Part shown: positions 18,295 through 27,301 of the stretch, piece after piece
How the letters are laid out: every line of letters starts with the position of its first letter
Numbering within the stretch: the stretch's first letter is position 1
Virus record (IMG/VR): IMGVR_UViG_3300043436_002205
Length of the DNA stretch: 64,000 bases
Origin: a virus
Lineage: Duplodnaviria > Heunggongvirae > Uroviricota > Caudoviricetes
Direction: 5' to 3' (one strand)
Position numbers and translations under genes: made by a program
Notes under the pieces: model-generated
What the model was told of the DNA's origin: nothing
Database searches by the model: none
The model's input: only the letters and a program-made list of their open reading frames with translations

Positions 18295-18555
18295 ATGAAT
18301 TATGATAAAGACGATATCATTAAAAAGCTAAACGAAACGATCTGCAAGGTCGTTTTCACAAAAGCAAACGGTGAGACTCGAGTGATGCACTGCACTCTAT
18401 CAAATGAGTTTCTGCCAGCTCAAGTAGATCTTGAAGAAGCAATTCAAAAGAAGATTCCAAACCACACTGTGCTTGCGGTCTGGGATGTTGAAGCAAACGG
18501 ATGGCGTTCTTTCCGTTGGGACTCTCTTAAAGAGTTCAGCACAGTAGACAAATAA
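18295..18555 (+). CDS. hypothetical protein
   Basis: 86-aa ORF. Confidence 0.4.
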   Translation: MNYDKDDIIKKLNETICKVVFTKANGETRVMHCTLSNEFLPAQVDLEEAIQKKIPNHTVLAVWDVEANGWRSFRWDSLKEFSTVDK

Positions 18556-19508
18556 TGAGCTGTATTTACAAGGGAAACATTGTAGATACAAACCTCTCTC
18601 GCAATGCTCGTGGAGGCACTGAGATGATGCGAGAGAGGCTGCTTAATAATGTTCCGCCGGAACTTCTACAGAATTTTGCAGTTCACTTCTCGAGGCCTCG
18701 TGAGATGCACAAAGATGTGAAAAACATTTTCTACTGCCATGATTTAGTTTTTGATCCAGAGAATGCTGTTCTTCGTGACGGCGGTTGGCAAAAGTTCGAT
18801 CACTTTGTTTTCGTTTCGTATTGGCAGCGTGATCAATACATGCTCATCTATCAGATTCCATACTCGAAGTGTAGCGTAATACACAATGCGATTGAGTTGG
18901 AGTATCACCCGCATCAAAAGAGAACCGATCAAATTCGTTTCATCTATCACACGACTCCGCATCGTGGATTGGAACTCGTCTATCCGATCTTTGATGCTCT
19001 CAGCAAACAATACGACAACATTCATCTGGATGTATACTCATCCTTTAAGATTTATGGTTGGGAACAACGTGATAAGCCATATGAAAACTTGTTCGAAAAA
19101 CTCAAAGCTCATCCACGAATTACATATCATGGATCAAAGAGTAACGAAGAAGTTCTCGAAGCTCTGAAGGAATCTCATATCTTCCTTTTCCCTTCAATAT
19201 GGCAGGAAACGTCTTGTATCGCGATGATAGAAGCGATACGTTCTGGTGTATTGGTGATCCATCCTAATTATGCAGCTCTGCCAGAAACGTCTTCTAACGC
19301 TACTCTAATGTATGAATATACTGAGGATAGAAACGAGCATGCGAACCGTTCTTTTTCTGCAGTAAAGAACATACTTGATGCCCAGCGTATCGACGAAAAC
19401 TTCATTAATAAGATAACGAATTCGGACGCATGTAACCTTCCACGGAATAGCATAAATACCTTTAAGAACTCTTGGATTAACTTGTTGAGGCGTTTAAGTA
19501 ATGGCTGA
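18555..19508 (+). CDS. GT-B fold glycosyltransferase (GT1/GT4-like), putative
   Basis: The C-terminal region (FLFPSIWQETSCIAMIEAIRSGVLVIHPN) resembles the GT-B E..G.P.V nucleotide-sugar-binding motif. Confidence 0.45.
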   Translation: MSCIYKGNIVDTNLSRNARGGTEMMRERLLNNVPPELLQNFAVHFSRPREMHKDVKNIFYCHDLVFDPENAVLRDGGWQKFDHFVFVSYWQRDQYMLIYQIPYSKCSVIHNAIELEYHPHQKRTDQIRFIYHTTPHRGLELVYPIFDALSKQYDNIHLDVYSSFKIYGWEQRDKPYENLFEKLKAHPRITYHGSKSNEEVLEALKESHIFLFPSIWQETSCIAMIEAIRSGVLVIHPNYAALPETSSNATLMYEYTEDRNEHANRSFSAVKNILDAQRIDENFINKITNSDACNLPRNSINTFKNSWINLLRRLSNG

Positions 19509-19842
19509 AATCATAAAATTCCCTCGAATGAAACTCGACTCACCACCACAATCACTCGAAGAGTTATCCGAAAAACTTACGGAATACAGAACGAGTTTTT
19601 CGAACGACGTCGCAGAAAGTCTTTGGAACCTTGTTCTTATCGAGATGGTAAGGTCTGGGTGCAGGTTCGAACAAGACACCGAAAGGTACTACCCGTCCAT
19701 CATTCTTCTTCTCGAATCAATTCGCTCGCTTCATTTAATGGCAAGCGACATATATCATCCTCTGCAAGACTTTGCAGATGAATTTATAGAAAATGAAGAA
19801 ATCGACAAAGAAATGATTGACATTGGTGAATTACTAGAGTAG
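19501..19842 (+). CDS. hypothetical acidic protein
   Basis: 113-aa ORF. Confidence 0.4.
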   Translation: MAEIIKFPRMKLDSPPQSLEELSEKLTEYRTSFSNDVAESLWNLVLIEMVRSGCRFEQDTERYYPSIILLLESIRSLHLMASDIYHPLQDFADEFIENEEIDKEMIDIGELLE

Positions 19843-19884
19843 TATAGACTCATAAGATCCAAATATAAGAGAAACACATACAAC

Positions 19885-20745
19885 ATGGCAATACTCATTG
19901 ACTTCAACCAAGTGATCCTAGCATCACTATTTGTCGGTATCGGCAATCACCACAACATTGACTTGGATGAAAATCTTCTTCGTCATATGTTTCTAAACTC
20001 AATCCGTTCAAACCGAAAAAAGTTTCATAAAGAGTTCGGTGAGATCGTTATCTGCGCCGACGGTAAGAACTCTTGGCGGCGAGAAACCTTTCCTTACTAC
20101 AAAGCAAACCGCAGAAAGTCTCGTGAAGAGTCTGAGCTCGATTGGAACGAACTGTTTCGAATGATCAATACCATTCGTTCTGAGCTTAAAGATCACTTCC
20201 CTTATAAGGTCATTCATATCGACCACTGTGAAGCAGACGACATCATCGGTGCTGTCGTCCATGAGCATGGAACAGAACTAAACATCGGCGCTGAGCAGTT
20301 CCTTATCCTTTCGGGTGATAAAGACTACATCCAATTGCATAAGTATGCAAACGTAAAGCAGTACGATCCGGTTCGCAAGAAATGGGTTCAGAATTCAGAT
20401 CCCGATAAATACCTCATGGAACATATCATTAAAGGCGACAGCGGTGACGGTGTACCGAACATTCTATCTCCAGACAACTGTCTTGCGATTGGTGAACGCC
20501 AAAAAATGATGACTGCGAATCGCCTGGCCAATTTTTTGAAAGGCCCTGATCACATGGATGAAAATACAGTTAGAAACTATCATCGTAATAAGATGATGAT
20601 TGATCTGACTGAGATTCCAGATGCTTATAAAAAGAAAATCCTTGAAGACTACAGCGTGGATAAAGAAGTTGGGAGATCTCAACTATTTGATTACTTTATG
20701 AAGAACAAACTTAAAAATTTAATCACTGATATACAGGACTTTTGA
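19885..20745 (+). CDS. rnh: RNase H / 5'-3' flap exonuclease (T4 rnh-like, FEN family)
   Basis: Conserved acidic clusters (CEADDIIG, SGDKDYIQL) and an N-terminus like T4 RNase H (IDFNQVILAS). Confidence 0.8.
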   Translation: MAILIDFNQVILASLFVGIGNHHNIDLDENLLRHMFLNSIRSNRKKFHKEFGEIVICADGKNSWRRETFPYYKANRRKSREESELDWNELFRMINTIRSELKDHFPYKVIHIDHCEADDIIGAVVHEHGTELNIGAEQFLILSGDKDYIQLHKYANVKQYDPVRKKWVQNSDPDKYLMEHIIKGDSGDGVPNILSPDNCLAIGERQKMMTANRLANFLKGPDHMDENTVRNYHRNKMMIDLTEIPDAYKKKILEDYSVDKEVGRSQLFDYFMKNKLKNLITDIQDF

Positions 20746-21192
20746 ATGTTACTCTCCCTATCGGAAATTGTAAATAAAGCGGCAGAACTAAAGACGAATC
20801 AAGAAAAGATCGAATGGCTTCGTAAGAATGATTCTGTTCCACTTCGAACAATACTTAAGAACACCTATGATAAGAGTGTGGAATTCCTTATTCCAAACAC
20901 TCCTCCGCCTTGGAAGAAGAACAGCTACATCGGCGTTGAAGGTATGCTTTTGAAAGAAGCAAGACGTCTTCGTATCTTTGTGAAGGGTGGCGGCTACGAT
21001 ACTCTTAATCAAGTCAAACGCGAAAACCTTTTCATCAGTCTTTTAGAAGATATTGATAATGGTGATGCAGAACTTTTGTGTAAGATGATTGCACAAAAAC
21101 CATTGACAGGTCTGCCTCGAAGTGTTATAGTACAATCGTTCCCAGGATTAATCGAAGGAGTAAAAGAGGAACAAGATGGCAAAGTCGTTTAA
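20746..21192 (+). CDS. hypothetical protein
   Basis: 148-aa ORF immediately after rnh. Confidence 0.45.
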   Translation: MLLSLSEIVNKAAELKTNQEKIEWLRKNDSVPLRTILKNTYDKSVEFLIPNTPPPWKKNSYIGVEGMLLKEARRLRIFVKGGGYDTLNQVKRENLFISLLEDIDNGDAELLCKMIAQKPLTGLPRSVIVQSFPGLIEGVKEEQDGKVV

Positions 21193-21331
21193 GAAATTCC
21201 GCGAGCAGTGGGATGATGATTGGAATGACGATTCTGATGACAAGGATCGTGAACTTCAGAAACGTCGCGATCAGCGTCGAAAAAAGACCGCTGAGAAATT
21301 TTCTCGATTTGATGAAAAGGCTGATGATTAA
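21176..21331 (+). CDS. small charged protein (51 aa), tentative
   Basis: GAAGGAG RBS upstream. Bridges a gap and overlaps its neighbours. Confidence 0.3.
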   Translation: MAKSFKKFREQWDDDWNDDSDDKDRELQKRRDQRRKKTAEKFSRFDEKADD

Positions 21332-21963
21332 TGTCTAAGGTGATACTATCTGACGTCGATGGTTGTATGGTTGTTTGGAAAAACGAATTCAACAATTTCA
21401 TGGAGAGACACGGTTTCGAAAACGTTGTCGAAAGAGATAATAATATTCATCCGTGGTTGTATCGCGACGACGTATATGAGATTGAAGATCTCTATGGTAT
21501 CAGTAAACAGCAAGCTGACTTTATGGTCGATATGTTTAACGAGAGTATCCACCTAGGCCATCTACCTCCTCTGAAAGATGCGATTAAGTACATTCGAAAG
21601 CTACACGAAGAGCACGGATATGTATTCCATTGCATCACTGCCTGTGGTACTCATCATCGCGTACATGATCTTCGCCTCAAGAATCTTAACGATCTCTTTG
21701 GTTCTAATGTGATTAAACGGCTTGTATGTACAGAGTCAAGTAGGGCAAAGAGACCAATCCTTGAAGAGTACAAAGACTCTAGACTCTACTGGGTAGAGGA
21801 TAAAGTATCGAATGCTATCATGGGGCACGAACTTGGCCTGCGATCAATTCTCATCAATCATTCATACAACCTAAATTACATTGAACATCCATTTGATGAA
21901 CCTCAGTACCTAAGAGTAAATAATTGGAAACAAATCTACGATATCGTCGTAGACTCAGAGTAG
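21331..21963 (+). CDS. HAD-like hydrolase, putative
   Basis: N-terminal LSDVDGCM resembles HAD motif I. Confidence 0.35.
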   Translation: MSKVILSDVDGCMVVWKNEFNNFMERHGFENVVERDNNIHPWLYRDDVYEIEDLYGISKQQADFMVDMFNESIHLGHLPPLKDAIKYIRKLHEEHGYVFHCITACGTHHRVHDLRLKNLNDLFGSNVIKRLVCTESSRAKRPILEEYKDSRLYWVEDKVSNAIMGHELGLRSILINHSYNLNYIEHPFDEPQYLRVNNWKQIYDIVVDSE

Positions 21964-22004
21964 TACAGGAATAAATACAATTAAGCAGATCTATATCATG
22001 ATGT

Positions 22005-22034
22005 GGCGATCTTGCGGGATCGCCCTTTGTTATT
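22005..22034 (+). terminator. rho-independent terminator
   Basis: GGCGATC-ttgcg-GGATCGCC stem followed by CTTTGTTATT. Confidence 0.6.
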
Positions 22035-22047
22035 AACAGGAGACTAA

Positions 22048-22281
22048 ATGCCGGTATATAGCTTTAGAGATACTGAAACTAAAGAAGAATACGAAGCTAC
22101 AATGCGATACTCTGAGCTTGATGAGTATCTAAAAAACAACTCCCACATAGTACAAATATTTACTCGATTCCCGGGGACAGTTGACTCGGTACGCATCGGC
22201 ATTCGCAAGCCCGATGATAATTTTCGTGATGTGTTGAAAAAAGCAAAGGTTCATAAACATAACACAATCAATGACTTTTAA
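22048..22281 (+). CDS. hypothetical protein
   Basis: AGGAGA RBS upstream. 77 aa. Confidence 0.4.
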   Translation: MPVYSFRDTETKEEYEATMRYSELDEYLKNNSHIVQIFTRFPGTVDSVRIGIRKPDDNFRDVLKKAKVHKHNTINDF

Positions 22282-22297
22282 GTCATAAGGAGGCCGC

Positions 22298-23047
22298 ATG
22301 GTAGTATCACGTCGTCTATCTCGAAAAGAAAAAAGAAGACATGAAAGAAATCTAGATAATATAGTGAACGTAGTTAATCAGAAGTTCACAATGAAAAAGA
22401 TACAACCAATTACTTCAACTCAAGAGATGCTATTCGACGATTATAAACAAGGATACAACATAGCGGCCATCGGAACAGCAGGAACAGGTAAAACAATGTG
22501 TGCTCTCTATCTCGCGTTGAACGACGTGATGGAGACAAAGAACTACGAAAAGGTCATAGTCATTCGATCTGCGGTTCAGACTCGCGATCAAGGATTTATG
22601 CCAGGTAGTCTTAAGGAAAAAATAGCATACTATGAGACGCCATATATAGATATAGTAAACGATTTGTTTGGAAGATCTGATGGCTATAGCATTATGAAAC
22701 AGCAAGGATGCATCGAATTCATGAGCTCTTCGTTTGTTCGTGGTCTTACTTTCGATAACTCAGTCATCGTAGTTGACGAATGCCAGAACATGACATACGA
22801 AGAAATAAGATCAATTATGACTCGTGTTGGCGAGTCTTCTAAGATTATTTTCTGTGGTGATACGAAGCAGGACGACCTTCGAAATTCTAAGAACCGATTG
22901 GATCGCTCTGGACTATCGAGCTTTATCAATGTGTTGAAAGAGATAAGAGAGTTTAAAACGATAGAATTCACAGTCGATGACATCGTAAGATCTGGTCTCG
23001 TGAAGTCGTTTATCCTCGCAGAAGAAAAAGTTTTAGACTACGCGTAA
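22298..23047 (+). CDS. phoH: PhoH-like ATPase
   Basis: Walker A GTAGTGKT. PhoH block VVDECQNMTYEEIRSIMTRVGESSKIIFCGDTKQDD. Confidence 0.85.
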   Translation: MVVSRRLSRKEKRRHERNLDNIVNVVNQKFTMKKIQPITSTQEMLFDDYKQGYNIAAIGTAGTGKTMCALYLALNDVMETKNYEKVIVIRSAVQTRDQGFMPGSLKEKIAYYETPYIDIVNDLFGRSDGYSIMKQQGCIEFMSSSFVRGLTFDNSVIVVDECQNMTYEEIRSIMTRVGESSKIIFCGDTKQDDLRNSKNRLDRSGLSSFINVLKEIREFKTIEFTVDDIVRSGLVKSFILAEEKVLDYA

Positions 23048-23062
23048 AGAGGAGAATTACGT

Positions 23063-23368
23063 ATGCCAGCGGTTGCCGTCTGTACTGTTGATACGATCAC
23101 CACCGGTCACGGTTGTGACGGCACCGCTCTCATACAAGGTTCTCTTCAGACAAAGGTTACGATAGGTGGAAAGAGAGTCGCTGTGCAAGGTGATGCAATT
23201 GCACCTCATACTATTAATGCGGGACCAGTTTGTGTCCCGCATTCTTCTGTTATCAATGCGGGTTCTTCAAAAGTAACGATAGCAGGAATACCGGTTGCGC
23301 GTGTAGGAGACTCGGCCGACGCTGGGTCTGTGGCAACTGGGTCAGGTAAAGTATCATGCGGAGGGTGA
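23063..23368 (+). CDS. PAAR-repeat protein (spike-tip-like)
   Basis: Repeats VTIGGKRVAVQGD and VTIAGIPVARVGD match the PAAR motif (PAARVGD). About 100 aa, as in T4 gp5.4. Confidence 0.55.
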   Translation: MPAVAVCTVDTITTGHGCDGTALIQGSLQTKVTIGGKRVAVQGDAIAPHTINAGPVCVPHSSVINAGSSKVTIAGIPVARVGDSADAGSVATGSGKVSCGG

Positions 23369-24040
23369 ATGTTTCAACACGTAGATCATGGGTTGGTGCT
23401 TCCTGTTATCACTAGGAAGACTACCGAAAGTGGAAGAAAGTATTATACGCCAGAAGGCAATGCGTATCCGTCAATCACGACGGTTTTGTCTGTTATGGAC
23501 AAAGATGGCCTAATCGAATGGCGTAAGAGAGTCGGCGAAGAAGAAGCGAACCGTATCTCTAAACAAGCCGCAGGGCGAGGTACCGCAGTACACAAGCTAG
23601 CCGAGGACTATCTCAATAACGAACCAGAATGGCAAAAAGATCATATGCCGGGGAACCTATTCTCGTTCAATCAGATCAAAAAGATACTTGATGAAAGAGT
23701 AAACAATGTATGGTTCCAAGAAACCTTTCTATACAGCGATAGCCTAAAGTGCGCAGGTCAGACTGACTGTATAGCCGAGTTCGACGGCGAACTCTCTATC
23801 ATAGATTTCAAAACATCAAGAAAAGAAAAGAAGAAGGAATGGATCCTTGGGTATTTCATTCAGGCTGCGTTCTATGCGGCTGCTTTCTACGAGATGACTG
23901 GCATACCTATCAAGCAAGCTGCCATAGTCATAATGGTTGACGACTCAGAGCCACAAGTCTTTAAAGTCAACACATACGATTACTTGCCAGAGTTCTTAAA
24001 GGTTCGAAAAAAGTACAAACTTCTTCATGAAAACGGTTGA
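23369..24040 (+). CDS. PD-(D/E)xK superfamily nuclease, putative
   Basis: Core D...E.D.K arrangement (QTDCIAEFDGELSIIDFKTS), and the YPSITTVL motif seen in phage exonuclease-like proteins. Confidence 0.5.
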   Translation: MFQHVDHGLVLPVITRKTTESGRKYYTPEGNAYPSITTVLSVMDKDGLIEWRKRVGEEEANRISKQAAGRGTAVHKLAEDYLNNEPEWQKDHMPGNLFSFNQIKKILDERVNNVWFQETFLYSDSLKCAGQTDCIAEFDGELSIIDFKTSRKEKKKEWILGYFIQAAFYAAAFYEMTGIPIKQAAIVIMVDDSEPQVFKVNTYDYLPEFLKVRKKYKLLHENG

Positions 24041-24092
24041 CATTCGTTCAGAATCAGTATAGACTGTTCTATATCAAACGAAAGGATACACC
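24037..24092 (+). promoter_or_regulatory. conserved early/middle promoter copy 4 (degenerate palindrome)
   Basis: TTGACATTCGTTCAGAATCAGTAT...AACGAAAGGATACACC then ATG. Confidence 0.45.
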
Positions 24093-24323
24093 ATGTACGT
24101 CGCCGAACTCGACATCTCCGCCGAAGCCTCGCAAGAATCCATTCATCAGTTCGCAACCGAACACGGCTGCACCGCTCTTCTTATCATGGAATACGGCCCT
24201 GCCGGCGGTAACCCTCTCTATCAGTTCTCGTCTAACAGTCAAGACTGCCTCGAGGAACTCGTCTCTCAAGTACTAGGTGACATCGACTATCAACATATCC
24301 TCGACGCAATCCGAGAAATCTAA
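24093..24323 (+). CDS. hypothetical acidic protein
   Basis: ORF downstream of promoter copy 4. Confidence 0.45.
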   Translation: MYVAELDISAEASQESIHQFATEHGCTALLIMEYGPAGGNPLYQFSSNSQDCLEELVSQVLGDIDYQHILDAIREI

Positions 24324-24330
24324 AAAGTAG

Positions 24331-24388
24331 TTGACATTCGTTTAGAATCAGTGTATTCTAATAATGTAAGGAACGAAAGGAACCTCCT
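24331..24388 (+). promoter_or_regulatory. conserved early/middle promoter copy 5 (canonical)
   Basis: TTGACATTCGTTTAGAATCAGTGTATTCTAATAATGTAAGGAACGAAAGGAACC then ATG. Confidence 0.55.
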
Positions 24389-24748
24389 ATGAAATTCTCC
24401 AAGTTTGACCGTACCAATCTGAATGCTCTTCGTGCCGAGATGGCCGTTCTTCTGAATAAGTACGGCGTTGACTCGAACCTTGAGTTTGAAGTCGGCAATA
24501 TGAAGTTCAGCGCGAACGAAGTTGAGATTAAAGTCAAAGCGAAGGTCAAAGGTGCAAAGACTCTCACCAATGTGATCCTTGAGTCTCGTGTAGCTGCTCT
24601 CGGCATCAAGCTGAAGAATAAAGCAGGTGACGAGCTCGTTGACTATAACACTCGCGCCCCGAAGATGCCGTTCGTCTATCGTAACGCTGCAGACGGTAAG
24701 CTCTATAAGTGCACCGAAATGATGACTAAGATCCGCTTCGCAGCTTAA
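24389..24748 (+). CDS. hypothetical protein
   Basis: ORF downstream of promoter copy 5. Confidence 0.45.
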   Translation: MKFSKFDRTNLNALRAEMAVLLNKYGVDSNLEFEVGNMKFSANEVEIKVKAKVKGAKTLTNVILESRVAALGIKLKNKAGDELVDYNTRAPKMPFVYRNAADGKLYKCTEMMTKIRFAA

Positions 24749-24762
24749 TCGAAAGAAACATC

Positions 24763-24963
24763 ATGAAATACGCAATCGTTCTCTTTGCTTTGACTATGTC
24801 GGCTTGCTCTTCGATGGACCCCGAGCTGAAAGCTCATCTTGAAGCCGAAGCTGACTTTGCTCGCCATCAGTATCATACTCAGCAAGCTCATGAAAAGGAT
24901 TACGATCCTGAATATGTAGACGACTGCTACTATCACGAAGAACTCGTCTGTGAATTCGAATGA
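24763..24963 (+). CDS. small lipoprotein
   Basis: Signal peptide with a lipobox (LTMSAC|SS). Confidence 0.5.
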   Translation: MKYAIVLFALTMSACSSMDPELKAHLEAEADFARHQYHTQQAHEKDYDPEYVDDCYYHEELVCEFE

Positions 24964-25163
24964 CGCTGTTTCAGTCTAAGTCAATCAATACGAATGGACA
25001 CCAGTTCATTGGATATGTCTGGAAGTTTCGTGGATGCCAAGTAGAGATGCATGCGAATGGCTTTTCTTGTAACTGCAAGAAGCGCCACTTTGCAAAGTGC
25101 AATCACGTAAAGAGCGTAGAACTTGGCATTCTAGGTGTAAATCAGATTAAGTATAAACTATAG
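24960..25163 (+). CDS. SWIM-type zinc-finger-like small protein
   Basis: CxCx(n)CxH pattern (FSCNCKKRHFAKCNH). Confidence 0.35.
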   Translation: MTLFQSKSINTNGHQFIGYVWKFRGCQVEMHANGFSCNCKKRHFAKCNHVKSVELGILGVNQIKYKL

Positions 25164-25376
25164 AGGAAATCCTATGTTCACGACTATTGTTGCATGGATC
25201 GCATTTGTTGTTGGATCTTTTTTATCTTCATTGCGCTATTGGACAGCATTTTTCAGTTTACAGTAAGTGACTTTCAGCGTAGAATGAAAATACGTAAGCA
25301 TTATTTCACTGGGCGGATGGGGTTCATTCTCATTGCCTGGTTCTTGTCAGGAATGCATCTTTTTGGATAAATCATC

Positions 25377-25934
25377 ATGAATCTTTTTATTTTGGATAAA
25401 GACCCAGTTGTCGCAGCGCAACTGCAGTGTGATAAGCACGTAGTCAAAATGATCGTGGAGTCGGCACAGATGTTGTCGACTGCGCATCGTATGCTTGATG
25501 GTGTTCTTAAACGTGCGCCATCGAAGTCGGGTAAGACGATGTCAAAGCATTGGACTCTTCCTGATGAGCGCGAACATATTCTATACAAAGCAGTTCACAT
25601 GGCGCACCCTTGTACCGTATGGACTACTCAGTCGAATAACAACTACACTTGGCACTGGGTTCACTTCGCTGCTCTCTGCGACGAGTACACCTATCGTTAT
25701 GGCAAGGTTCATTCGACTGACAAACTTCTTCGCGAAAAGCTGAAGGAACTACCACGAAACATTCCTATCGGATATCTAACTCAGCAGCCGCTCGCAATGA
25801 AAGCTAATCCTGAGTGCATGTTCCCTAACGATCCTGTTCGTTCTTATCGAGAGTTCTATCAGACGAAACAAGCAAGGTTCAAAATGGTGTGGACTAAACG
25901 TGATATCCCTGAGTGGTTTAAAGTAGCAGCTTAA
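25377..25934 (+). CDS. hypothetical protein
   Basis: 185-aa ORF. Confidence 0.45.
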   Translation: MNLFILDKDPVVAAQLQCDKHVVKMIVESAQMLSTAHRMLDGVLKRAPSKSGKTMSKHWTLPDEREHILYKAVHMAHPCTVWTTQSNNNYTWHWVHFAALCDEYTYRYGKVHSTDKLLREKLKELPRNIPIGYLTQQPLAMKANPECMFPNDPVRSYREFYQTKQARFKMVWTKRDIPEWFKVAA

Positions 25935-26233
25935 TGAGATACGCGATTGCAGAAGAAGATCTAGGTTTCTTTCTGGGCGCGTTCCAGAAGTATGGAATCT
26001 TTGCTAAGAATGATGTCATAGGTCTCTCAAAGGCAATCGCATTTGATACCGAGGATGAAGCGAATCTATACATCGACGATTTTCTCGGACGAGATCGTGG
26101 AGTCTGGAAAGTAATTCCGGTCGACACGAAAGACGAATACGTTAGTGTCGTATACCTAGTGAAGAATGGTTATGGAAAGTATACTCATAAGATGATTGAT
26201 TTCATTCCTATGACTTCTACAACTATGCACTAA
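25934..26233 (+). CDS. hypothetical protein
   Basis: 99-aa ORF with an ATGA overlap. Confidence 0.4.
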   Translation: MRYAIAEEDLGFFLGAFQKYGIFAKNDVIGLSKAIAFDTEDEANLYIDDFLGRDRGVWKVIPVDTKDEYVSVVYLVKNGYGKYTHKMIDFIPMTSTTMH

Positions 26234-26248
26234 TTTTTTCATTTAATG

Positions 26249-26314
26249 GTTGACATTCGTTTAGAATCAGTGTATTCTAATAATGTAAGGAACACAAACT
26301 GAAAGGTCTACAGA
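26249..26314 (+). promoter_or_regulatory. conserved early/middle promoter copy 6 (canonical palindrome, variant leader)
   Basis: TTGACATTCGTTTAGAATCAGTGTATTCTAATAATGTAAGGAACACAAACTGAAAGG...ATG. Confidence 0.55.
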
Positions 26315-27271
26315 ATGGCTCACATGATTGAAATGATCGACGGCGTTGCCCAGATGGCTTACCGCTCGTCGAAAGGCAAACCTTGGCATGGCCTTGGTAC
26401 TCCGGTTGGCGACGATATGACTCCTGCCGAAATGATGAAGGCCGCTGGCCTTGATTGGAATGTTCAGAAGGTTGACTCCTTCGTCGAATTCAACGGCAAG
26501 CGCATTCCGACCGGTCAGCAGTCGCTCATTCGCGAAACTGACGGTAAGATCCTGACTCAGGTCGGTCCTGGTTGGAATCCGGTTCAGAACGAAGAAGCCT
26601 TTAACTTCTTCACCGACTTTGTTTCCAAAGGCGACATGGTGATGGACACCGCTGGTTCGCTCCGCGACGGTCGTATCGTCTGGGCTCTTGCAGATGTTCG
26701 TGACGGTTTCACTCTGTTCGGTGGCGATGAAGTGAAGGGTTACTTGCTCTTCTCCAACCCGCACCAGTACGGTAAGTCGATCGACGTTCGTTTCGTACTT
26801 GAGCGCGTTGTCTGCAACAACACTCTGACTGTTGCTCTGGCTGAGAGCGGTCAGGCTGCTGTTCGTGTCAACCACCGTTCGGTCTTCGACGCTGAGCGCG
26901 TGAAAGAACTGCTCGGCATCTCGCACCGTAAGGTCGAAACCTTCAAATCGGCTGCTGAACTGCTTGGTTCGAAGCAGTACGGTCAGAAAGATCTGGAAAA
27001 GTACTTCGGTAAGATCTTCGGTGAGTCGACGAAGGAAGGTAAGCTTCTGTCGCCGACCGCTGAACGTGCCCTCGAAGTCGTCGAGACTCAGCCCGGCGCA
27101 GAGTTCAAGAAGGGTTCGTTCTGGCAGATGTTCAACGCAGTTACCTACCTGACTGACCATGAACTCGGCCGTTCGAACGACACTCGTCTTTCGTCGGCTT
27201 GGTTCGGTGCCAACGCAAAGCGCAAGGTTGACGCTCTAAACCTGGCAGTAGAAATGGCAGAGGCTGCGTGA
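26315..27271 (+). CDS. DUF932-like phage/plasmid protein (TIGR03299-like), putative
   Basis: N-terminal pattern (YRSSKGKPWHGLG...LDWNV) recalled from the DUF932 family. Uncertain. Confidence 0.4.
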   Translation: MAHMIEMIDGVAQMAYRSSKGKPWHGLGTPVGDDMTPAEMMKAAGLDWNVQKVDSFVEFNGKRIPTGQQSLIRETDGKILTQVGPGWNPVQNEEAFNFFTDFVSKGDMVMDTAGSLRDGRIVWALADVRDGFTLFGGDEVKGYLLFSNPHQYGKSIDVRFVLERVVCNNTLTVALAESGQAAVRVNHRSVFDAERVKELLGISHRKVETFKSAAELLGSKQYGQKDLEKYFGKIFGESTKEGKLLSPTAERALEVVETQPGAEFKKGSFWQMFNAVTYLTDHELGRSNDTRLSSAWFGANAKRKVDALNLAVEMAEAA

Positions 27272-27289
27272 GCAGCCTCTCTTTACTTT
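27260..27289 (+). terminator. rho-independent terminator
   Basis: GAGGCTGC-gtga-GCAGCCTC stem followed by a T-rich tail. Confidence 0.55.
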
Positions 27290-27301
27290 AGAAAGAGTAC
27301 T

